A stretch of 59,177 nucleotides of DNA from an uncultured virus (IMG/VR IMGVR_UViG_3300009419_000009) (taxonomy: Duplodnaviria > Heunggongvirae > Uroviricota > Caudoviricetes), in the IMG/VR virus record IMGVR_UViG_3300009419_000009, positions 62,001 through 121,177 of that record; one strand, 5' to 3'. Positions 47,001-59,000 of this stretch are shown one piece after another (the first letter of the stretch is position 1; each line of letters starts with the position of its first letter). The notes under the pieces were generated by a model. The model saw only the letters and a list, made by a program, of their open reading frames with translations, was not told the origin of the DNA and did not search any database. The position numbers were made by a program, and so were the translations under genes.

Positions 47001-50000
47001 TCGTATTGATGTTGTTCCAACAAGAATTATTACTGCGTCTAACCACGGATTTGTTGACAAAGACCTTGTCTACATACGAAATATTGTAGGCACAGTAGAA
47101 CTAAACTTTTCTCGATACTATGTCAAGCGCATTAGTGAAAATGCAATTGACTTGTATGCAAGCAGTGACTTGTCAGACGCATCAGCGCAAGACTCTCGTA
47201 ACTTTACAGATTATCTAAGTGGCGGACAGATAACTGCGTACACCATTGACTATGCAACTACTAGAGTAACAAAAGTATTGAGCGAAACTGAATTTGAAGT
47301 TAATCGTGAAATTAGTATTCTTAACGGAACCAAACTAGTGTTTGGTGGTGTGCCAGCACAGTCTGTTGCTCGCAGTGATGGTAACGCAATCTATAACATC
47401 AGCATTACGGAACCTGGCAGTGGATATACCACGGTTCCAAACGTAACAATTGAATCTAGCCTTGGCAATCAAGCAGTTGCATCCGCTATTACAAATGATA
47501 ATATCATTAATTATATCCGTATTGTTGATCCTGGTACAGGATACACAGTGACGTCGGCTACCACAGCCGACATTATCAGTGAAGTAGAAGTTTTAACTTC
47601 GGCAGTTTCTACCTACGGATCAACAACATTGTATTTTGACAATGCCGACGATTTGCTTCCTGTACAAACAGGATGGTTGGCATTTTTAGTATCAACCATT
47701 AATGGAGAAGAAATTCTCACAGACTTTGGACAAGAGCCATATGCGGCAACTGATACCACAGGACCAAATACAAACACGTTCCAGTCATTCATGGACGTGA
47801 GTAAAACTACTGCCATTGTTCGATCAGTTATCAATGTTGACAGTGATCAAATTATTCTAAGCGGTCCAATTAATGCTCAGGACAGCGACGGCGAGTTGAT
47901 TGACCTCCCAGCTGGGTCACGTATCGTGTTCACTGCCCAGAATAGATTTTTTACCACAGAAGGTGTAGGAAGTAGCGCAAGATTTAACGGCCATACAAAA
48001 ACTGGATTTATTAGTGTTAATGAATTGGTTGACGAAACTGTCATGGCACTAGATAATGTAAATGGTGTCCAGCCAGGCATGTTGGTTGGAGATCTGGCCG
48101 GGTTACTGCCTGCAGGTATTCAAGTCCGCACAGTTGATGCATATACCAGAAGAATTACACTAAACAATTCTGTTACCCTTCCGTCGCTGACGCAGGTAAC
48201 ATTCAGTGATTTTGTACAAGCAACACCAGCTGTGGCACCTGCAGAAATTAGCAGTATCACCATTACTGATCCAGGACTGGGTTATGTGCATGCACCTGAG
48301 ATAATCATACAGGCGCTGGTGCCTGTGGTAGAATTAATTGGTGCCTGCACCGGAAGTGATCAATTGGCCACGTACCTGGATCCAATCACATTAGATCCAG
48401 TGCTTTATCAATCTGGAAACGTAATTATTGTTGATAGCTATGATGGTGTAGTGATTGACAGCAAGTTGACCAGTAACTATAATAATCAAGGCGTAGGTGT
48501 AACCACTGGTGCAGATCGACCAACAGTTGTGGCACTGGTATTAGAACAAACAGCCAGCGCAGTGTTTGAACCAAGAATTGTAATTGATAAAAAACAGTCA
48601 GAGTTCAACGACATCATTATTACATTCACACAAGCCGCTGAAGGTGTGGCACAGATTGTTCAATTCAATAATGCAATTGATTATCAAGATGACACACCAG
48701 AAACATATGATGTTGACGACACTGTTGTTGTCAACATTCCTGCCAATCAGGAACAAACAACAACAAATGTGATAGCATACAATCAATTTTATTTTGATGG
48801 TATTGCTTGGTCACCAAGTCAACAAAAACAAGATACAAATCAAGAACCATTGTATGATGCATTTGATACCAATGGGGATAGTGCCGGTGACACATCAGTG
48901 TACCAGGGAACTAAATTTATTGGAACTAGAATTTTTGGTTACAAGTTGGGTGCTGGAAAAAGCGACAATGTATTGAATTTTCCATTGAGTTATAAGAATT
49001 TTGAAAACGTTGGTGATATTGAATTTAGTAATTATTTCCAGACTGACTCGTTCAACTTCTTGGACGGATTTGCTGAAACAAATACTCCTATCAGTAACTT
49101 TGTTCTAAAACAACAAACAGAATCTGGCAATGTACAATTGAGAAATATTTGGACGCCAATTGGAACTGACAGCAAACAGTACCAATTGATTTCTCATGAA
49201 TTTAACGGAACTACCAATTACTTTGAATTGGATGTAAAAGAAGAGATCAGTCAAGAAATTCCTTACCTCAAAGTATATGTAAACAACACTCGTTTATTAG
49301 AAACGCAATACACTGTTGAGCAATCTGGTGCAAGAACCGCAGTGGTGATTCCTGCTAGTTCGTTGGTCGTTGGACAGCAAATAACAATCAAAGTATACAG
49401 TAAACAGCAAAGTCTATTGGGTCATTATCAAACTCCGGTGAACCTAGATACCAATCCGCTGAATAGCAATTTTGAAAGCCTGACCCTAGGACAAATTAGA
49501 AATCATCTAGTAACCAAAGTAGACAATCATTATGGCATTGTTGGACCAGCTCTTGGCAAAAACAATCTACGAGATCTGTACAATAAAAATTGGCAAGGAA
49601 GTATTCTCCAACACGCAAGTCCAGTGAGTCTAGCAAGTTTGTTCTTGGTAGATCAAGACCTAAACATTATACAAGCCGTTGAGTTTGCACAAAAAGAATA
49701 CACCAAGTTCAAGAACAAATTCATTGACATGACTTCTAGACTGCAAATTGATACATTGGATATTCCAGGAAGTGTAGATCTAATATTGAAGTCATTGATG
49801 TCAGGCAAGAGTCCGGCAAGCCCATGGTATGACAGCGACATGGTGCCTTACGGTAACAAGTTCCGTAAAGTAACAAAATTGCCAATCCTGAACATTAGAC
49901 AACGAACATATCTAATTCCTAGTGCATTTGATTTGTCAACAATCTCTCGACAGTCGGTATTAATATACATTAGAGACTCTGCAACTCGACAGCACCGCCA

Positions 50001-53000
50001 GTTACTTAATGAAATAGATTTTGATTTTTCACGTGAAACATCAAGCATTGTTCTCAACGCCAATGTGGATTTAACATACACTAGCGAATTGCAAATAGTA
50101 GAATATTCAACCACCGTTGAAAATTACATTCCTGAGACTCCAACCAAACTTGGAATGTATCCAAAATACACTCCTCGAATTTATGTAGACAACACCTATA
50201 GACAACCAACTTTAGTTGTTGAAGGGCATGATGGCAGTATCACACCTGCATTCAATGACTACAGAGATTTATTGTTACTGGAACTTGAATCTCGCATCTA
50301 TAATAACATCAAGGTTCGTTACGAAGATACCTTGCTTGAGATATACGATACGATTCCTGGCAAATACAGAGAAACTGATTACTCTCGTCAAGAGTGGAAT
50401 CAACTGTTGAGCAGATCTTTCTTGGGATGGATAGGGACCAACAGACTAGACTACAGTGCCAACGATTTCTTTAATGCTAACGATCCATGGACATGGAATT
50501 ACGGAAAATTTGTTGATCGCACTGGCGAAAAACTGCCAGGACACTGGCGTGGAGTTTACAAGTACTACTACGACACAGACCGTCCACACACCCATCCGTG
50601 GGAAATGTTAGGCTTCAGCGAAAGACCTAGTTACTGGAATGATCGTTATGGCCCAGCACCATACACTAGTGGTAACAGAGTACTATGGGAAGATATTCAA
50701 TCAGGCTACATCCATTCAGGTGCTAGAGCAGGTATTGACAAAAGATTTGCTCGCCCTGACCTAACAAAAATAATTCCGGTGGATGACACAGGTGAATTGC
50801 TTGATCCTTTGAGACTTGGACTGAGTAGTATCACTGCTCTTGAAACATCGTCACCATTCAGTATTGGTGACAATGGCCCAGTAGAAACTGCATGGAGGCG
50901 TAGCAGTGACTATACCTATGCAGTTCAGCTGGCATTGATACTAGCACGACCAGCATTCTATCTTGGAACGCAGTTTGATAATAGTCGATATCGCTTTGAC
51001 TCAGGCCTTGGGCAGATCACCGACAGGGAAACTCGTCAAAGATTAATACCAAGACTAATTAAAGTGCCAGAGTCTGGCCTTAAAGGTCAGGAAGTTGTAC
51101 TAACTGCTGGTTACAGCAATTGGATAAGAGACTATCTTGCACAACAGGGTGTAGATGGTAGTGCCAAGATGCGTGACTATTTCTTGCGTATGGACGTGAG
51201 ATTAAGTTACAAGATGGGCGGCTTTACTGACAAGAAAATGTTAGAAGTGGTGGCCGAGCAAAGCAGTCCCGGCGGCAGCGGACGAAATATCATTGTGCCT
51301 GATGAAAACTATCGTGTGTACTTGCACAAGAGTACCCCTACCAAACGTTTGGCCTATAGTGCAGTTATCATTGAAGTCAGTGACAATGGTTGGAAAGTCA
51401 GCGGTTACAATAGCACAACTCCATATTTTACTATTATTCCTAGTCAGGTCAACAACAACGGTTACGCACTCAAGGAACTAAAAGTTGGAGTAACGGTGTA
51501 CAAGGATTACCAGCTACGAAAGCTGATAGTGCCGTACGGTTACGAATTTAATACTCATCAACAGTTGTCAGACTTTTTGACCAGTTACGGTAGATATCTG
51601 ACATCACTTGGATTTGTATTTGATGAATTCAACAATGATCTTGAAGTTGTAAAAGACTGGGATCTAAGTATTAGAGAATTCCTAACCTGGAGTCAGCAAG
51701 GCTGGAAACAGGGAAGCATTATTGTAGTAAGTCCAATTGGCGGTAAAATCAGTGTGGCGTCTGACTACGGTGTGGTTGATCAAGTGACCAATAAAAATAC
51801 TGGCAATCGTTTACTTGATCAAAATTTCAGCTTGATTCGCCAAGGCAACTACAGCGTGAGTCGCGACGGTGGATTGTTCACTGCATCGGCAGCATTTGGA
51901 AAAATGATTGCGTTGGCAGACCTAAGTTTGGTCGAATACGAACATGTTCTAATTTTTGATAACCAAACAGTTTTTAGTGATGTTATCAATCAGCCCGAAA
52001 TTGGCAATAGACAATACCGCTTGAAACTGACCGGCTACAAGAGTGGAGAATGGAATGGGCAACTCAATGCACCTGGTTATATCTACAACAATGACACTGT
52101 TAATGCATGGCAAGCTGGCAAATCCTACAATATAGGAAGCCTGGTAGAATACAAAAATCAATATTTTATTGCACTACAAAAAGTACCAGAAACAACCACG
52201 TTTGACTTTAACTACTGGAAGCCAATTGATAGGAACAAGATAAAAACTGGTCTATTGACCAACTTCTCTAATTCTGCAAATCGTTTACGTCAGATCTATG
52301 ATACTGATCAAATGAAACGCAATGAGGACTTTGACAACTATTCTACAGGACTGATTGGTTTTAGAAATCGTGAATTCCTGCAGGATCTAGGCATTGACAA
52401 AACTTCACAGGTAAAGTTTTACCAAGGCTACATCAAACAGAAAGGCACAAAAAATGCCATCAACAGTTTGACAGCAGGTCAATTTGATCGTGTGACCAGT
52501 GCAATTACACTTTATGAAGAGTGGGCATTGCGTGTGGGCGAGTACGGAGCAACTGGCAGTGATCAGTACATTGAAGTTGAGCTGGACGAACAATCCTTTA
52601 CTGATGATCCAAGTACCATTAACTTCTTGAACTTTGGCGATGCTAATGCACCTGGTGCTATCAACTTTACACCTTACACAATCTATCGCGGCTCAGAAGA
52701 AGTGTACAACAAAAACATTGTTAAGGCTAGAAATGATCTATTGCCTCGCATTGGAGATAATGTAACAGCAGGATATCCTCGACTGGACGATGTTGATGGA
52801 ACCATATACGATATTTCAAATTATCAAAATTATTTTGGACTGGTAGACACTCTTGGCTCAGGATACAAGCTCTGGGTTGGTGTTGACAATGACAAGAGTT
52901 GGAATGTGTATCGAGCAACAGAAACTGACGTGTTGCTACTCAGTATCACTAGAACAAACACAAGTCAGTTGTTGTTTGTGTTTGACAAACCTCACGGAAC

Positions 53001-56000
53001 TGCCGCTAAAGAATTAATTGTTATTAAAAACTTTGACGACAATCAATTTGACGGATTTTATGTTGTAACATCTGTGCAAGACAACTTGAGTGCATTAGTT
53101 ACTGGTTACAGAAATCTTGATACATTTGCGCAGATTCAAACTGTGGAAAGTTCGGGTGTGTACTTCCGAATGGTCAATGTTCGCTTTGATCAAGTGAGTG
53201 AAATCATTGATTTTACTCCACCACATGGATGGAGAAATGAAGATCGTGTGTGGATTGACAATGACACCAGTGATAATTATTGGGGCGTGTTCCAGAAAAT
53301 AGACGGATGGGAATTCAATCAACTATTGCCACTTCGTCAGGGCGAAGATCGTTTTCTAGAAGGGTACGGTAAAGAAGTTAGACTCAGTGTTGACAATCAG
53401 ATTATTCTTGCTGGTACACCAAACTACACAAATGGTTCGTTGAGCGGATTGAAAGTCCTTGATCCAGGTGCAAACTATGATAGCCCTACGGTTAGAATTG
53501 GATCTCCAACAGGACTAAACGGTCAGCAAGCATTGTTCTCTGTAGTTAAAAGCAATGGGGCATTGACCAAAGCCAATGTATTGGTTGCTGGATCAGGTTA
53601 TACTATTGCACCAAATGTAACAATCATTGATGAATGGAATACTGTAACCACAGCAGAAACATTAAACACCGCCGAGATTTATTTGTCCTCGGGTGATATG
53701 AGTAAAATATATGTTGGTGACTATGTGTCTGGCACTGGCATTCCGTTTGAAACTCAGGTTACTGAAATTGACGTACCCAATAATTTAATTGAAGTACAAG
53801 GTCCAAATTACAGCGGGTTGGTATCTGCGACCAGCATTACTGTGGCAACAGGTACAATATCATTTACCACTGGAATAACAGCAACGTCAACTCCAATTGT
53901 GGCAGGCGATGGTATTCGAGCTTATGTATCAGGCGACCTAACCACGTATCTTGAAGGTTATGTTGAAAGTTTTGTGGGAACAGTATTGACAGCAAACATT
54001 CAAATCACAGCTGGATCTGGTACCCACAGCAGTTGGCTTATTGCAACATCATTGAGTGTTAGAAACAATACTCCTATTCGATTCTATAGAGGTGCTGGCG
54101 GCCGCGCAATCGCCAGCCTCACACCCACTGGAGTTGATGCTATTCAGGTAATTGATGGCGGCAGCGGATTTGTACAAACACCAGTGGTACAAATCATTGG
54201 CGGTGGCGGATTTGGCGCACAAGCAACTGCGGTACTGTCAGGAAACTTCATTGAAAAAATTACTGTTACCAATCCAGGCAGCGGATATACAGAAGCTCCT
54301 TCTGTGCTATTGCTTACCAATAACCCAACTCCTGTTAATTTAGTAGCACGGTTACAGTTAACCACAGTAAACAGCATAGTGGTAACTGACAAAGGTGAAG
54401 ACTATCGTGATCCTACAATTAATATTTCTACACATTCTTTAGACACAAGTTCTAGTGCTATTGGTACACTGGCATTTTATGGCAACGGTGGCGTACAAAG
54501 TATTACATTTGCCAGCAGTACTGATCGAGGTACCAGCTATGGCTCAGGCACTACCGTTACTATTGCCAACAGTGCAACCGGAAGTGGATTTGTTGGAACT
54601 GTTGCAACATTTGCCAATGGTAAAGTAAATTCTATAACTGTATCAGTTCCAGGCAGCGGCTACGAAACTGCATTTGCTAAAGCTAACATTTTTTATGCTG
54701 GCGGCAGCGGCGCAACAGGAAATATTGGTAGAACTATTGATGGTATTAGTAACTTTACCGGAGCCACAGTTGTCAGCTACGGACAAGGCTACCTAGCGGC
54801 TCCTACTGTGGAAGTGATTGATCAAAGTGGTGCAGGCGCTGGAGCCATTGTAGAGCCAATTTTCCCAACTGGTCAAGTGAAAACATTCTTGCGCCCAGAT
54901 CAAGGATCTTACACAATTGAAGAAACTCAGCTGATCAAGCCATTTAACAGTGATGCTCGAGAGTTTGGTTTCAGTATTGATATTGGAACCATATTGGCTG
55001 CAATTGGTGCGCCAGGCACATATAAAGAACAAGGTGGTGTGTTTGTTTCACAAACACTAGGAAGTCAGTGGATCAGTTATCAAATGATTTTCCCTGGTGG
55101 ACTAAGTGACGGCGATAGATTTGGCCACAGTGTGGCCATGAGCAATGATCAACAATGGATATACATTGGGGCACCGGGTGCAAACAAAGTGTATTGTTAT
55201 GGTAAGAAAACTCAAACTTTTACACGAGTAACTCTTATTCCAGTAGTTGGACAAATCACATACGGCACAAATTTGCTTGGACTCAAGAGTGCAAACGAGA
55301 TTAAAGTTCTAGGAGCCAATGGTAAATTATTTGAACCAAACTTTGACTACACTGTGGATAATGCAGGTGGTATTTTCTTTGCTGATTTTGATCGCATTGC
55401 ATCACAAACGGCTGTTTATATCACACGTCAACGTTTACAAACCACAATAATTCCAACAGTTATACGTAACTTGACCACACGTAGTTATGCACTTGAGTCA
55501 ACTCCAGAAACCATTGACCAGTTACTGGTGTACGGTGCTACTGGTCGAGTGTTTGTACCAAACAAAGAATTTATAGTGGTTGGCAGTAATATTGTATTCT
55601 TAGATGATGAATTTTTAACAGAACCAAGCATTGTGGTTGTTCAACGAGATCTATTCTATCAGTTGGTTGATGTAATTGAGCCACCAGACGCTATCAACAG
55701 CGATGCCAACTTTGGGTGGGCAGTGCGTTGCGATCAAGGTGGTTATAGAATTATTGTTGGCGCACCCGACACAGATGACCTGGATGAGGAAGACAACACA
55801 ATTCCATCTGCTGGACGCACATATGTGTTTAGCCGCAGTTATGAAGTTATTCTAAGTCTAGGCGATAAGAAAGTCTTTACGTTTGATCAATTGCGAAATG
55901 TAGCATCATTTAGTATTGACAACACATTATTGACCAATTTGGTAGACTATACAATTGAAAACAATTCTGTCATCTTAACTAATTTTCCGCGCAACGGCGC

Positions 56001-59000
56001 AACAATCACAGCCGATACAAACTTTTTTAACTTGATACAAACAATTCCATGTCCAACTGTTGTTAATCTAGGACGATTTGGTGCATCAGTTGATATTGCT
56101 CCTGACAACAAGAGTCTGGCTGTTGGTAGTCCTGGTTATCGTGACGAGAATTATTACAACGGGCAAGTATACCGTTATGTAAACAAAGGATTGTTCTATG
56201 GCACTGTGACCACAGACAAAACTTTCCTACAAACAAATGTTGAGCTGGGCCAAACAATCAGAATCAACAATAGACTTGCAACCTTTACTTCAGTGGTACC
56301 GGGCACTCAAACCAACGTAACAGCGGCGTATGGTTCAACCGGAACTGAAATTTCTCTAGTGAGCAATGTTGGCTTAGCCATTGGTGATAGAATCATCGGA
56401 CCAGACATTGATGCTGGATTGGGTTTACAAATTGTTGGTTGGGGTCCTGCAACCCCTGGCATGTTTAGTAATATTGCAGTCAATACTCCAGTTACAGTCA
56501 CTAGTGGTGATTCATTACAATTTACTAGATTTGGTGATAATATTTCTAAAATTAGACGCAACATTGAGTCTGCCAATGCTGTGGCTGTGGAAACAGTGCA
56601 AAACGAAAACGGAACACTTACCATTAGAGTCAGCGAAGACAGCAATCTTCGAGTACTTGACATTTTACCAGGCAACAGCGGCACAGCACTTGACGGCATC
56701 GGATTACGTATCTATGAACTAACACAAACAATTGGTCACCCACGCTACGGTGTACCAGAAAAGTTTGGTACAAAAGTAAGCATTGACGACACAGGTCTAA
56801 CTGTGGCAATTGCCAGTGAAGGCGGTAACACACTAAAGACCAGTACCTTTGACAAACAAACAACTGAGTTTGATACAGATACCACACGATTCATTGACAG
56901 TTTGAATGCATCTGGTGCTGTGTACCTTTATGATTATTTGAATCCTCCTGGCGAAACTTTAGAAAATCCAGGCAAATTGCTATACAATCAAGTGTTACAA
57001 AATGCCTTTGTATTAACTGGTGATAATTTTGGTAGTTCAATTGATATCAATCGCGGATGGGCATTGGTCGGCGCAGAATTCAGCAACTACCATAGCATCA
57101 AAGCAGGCGCAGTACACATGTTCATCAATGAAGGAAATGTCAAAGGATGGAGCAGATTACGCAGCCGCGGCGAAGAAGTTGATATTGATTACATTAACAG
57201 TATCATGCTTTATGATAAAGTTAAACAAGTTAATGTTCAAGACTTGGATTACTTTGATCCAGCAAAAGGAAAAATACTTGGCATTGCAGACCAAGATTTA
57301 GATTACAAGAGCAGTTATGATCCTGCTGCCTACAACCGAGGAACTCGTTCTTCTGTGACTATTGCGACAGATTCATACTGGACTTCGTTACAAGAAGGCC
57401 AAACCTGGTGGGATCTAAGCCTTTGCCGTTACGTCAACTATGAACAAGGCAGTTTGAATTATAGGACCACACACTGGGGAGAACTATTCCCAGACAGTAA
57501 AATTCAAGTTTGTGAATGGGTGTCAAGTTTAGTGTTGCCAAGCGAGTATGCAAGTACCACCGGCGACGGCGAAGCCAAGTACCCTGACAACAGTGCCTAC
57601 ACTGAACAAACCTATTACGACAGTTCTAGTAGTTTAATTAAAACCAGATACTACTTCTGGGTAATTAACAAACAGATGTTTGACCGTACTAAGACTTCTC
57701 GAAACAACAGTATTGTCACACTTGAAAGTTTAATTCGAGATCCACAAGCTCAGGGTATTGCGTTTGCAGCCGCGATTGCCCCTAATGCATTCAATATCTA
57801 CAATTTCAAACAATACTTGAAATCGTCTGACACTGTGTTCCGCGTGGATTATAGTCGCAGACTTGGTGACATTATTAGTCACAACGAATTTGAATTAATT
57901 CAACAAGGAAATAGAAATAGCAGTATTCCTAGCAAATTAATTAGCAAACTGATTGACAGTTTGTCTGGTGAAAATAGCACAGGCGCAGTGGTTCCTGATC
58001 TAAGACTAACTGATGCAGACGCTTATGGCATCAGTGATCTTCCTCGCCAGAGTATGATACGCAACAATCTTGACGCGGCAAAAGTTTTTGTGTCTTTTGT
58101 AAACAATGTGCTCAGTTCACAACTTGTGACCAATAGACGAAACTTTACCCGTTTACTTAAAGAAGAACCAATTCCGGCTGCTGGTGTAGGATTTTATGAC
58201 GCCTCTGTAGACAGCGTTGACCAACTGTTGTATATTCCAGATAGTGAACTGTTTGTAGGATTCAAAGTTCTTGTCACAAGTGACAGCGATTTTTACAATT
58301 ACTGGACTGTGTATGAATACAGTCAGTTTGTTGGTTTCCGAATGATTCGCATTCAAAGCTATGATACCACACGTTGGTGGAATTATGTCAACTGGTATGC
58401 ACCTGGCTATGATCAATATCTCAACATTGATTTTGTAGTTCCTCGCTATGTAGATGTCTATGCCTTGAGCCTGCAAGCAGGGCAAACAGTTAAAGTTTTA
58501 GACAGCGGCAAAGGCACGTACACAGTATATGAATATACCACTAGCGGTAACCTTGTTGAAGTTGCAGTTGAAAACGGAACAATACAACTAAGCACTGGTT
58601 TGTATGATCCTGCACAAAGTCGCATTGGATTTGACAACAGTGCGTTTGACCAAGTTGGATTCAGCACAACACAAAGTGTAGAACTGCGTAACATTTTTGA
58701 AGCCTTGGTCAATGACATCTTCATTGATGAGAATCTGGTAGAGCTAAACAACTTGTTCTTTACCTTGCTGAACTATATCTTGAGCGAGCAAATTGTGGTT
58801 GATTGGGCTATCAAAACCAGCTTGATTACCATACTGCACAGAATTCGTAAACTAGAACAGTTTACAAACTACATCAAAGACAATCAGGACTACTACGAAC
58901 AGTACATCAATGAAGTCAAGCCTTATCGTAGTCAGATACGTGAATATCTATTGGACTACGAAGGACTTGACGAACTAAATGCTGGTGTAAGTGATTTTGA

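Noticed and set aside
44418..58751. Dozens of 60-130 aa ORFs suggesting a fragmented or non-coding region
   Set aside because: All lie within the single long ORF starting at 44020
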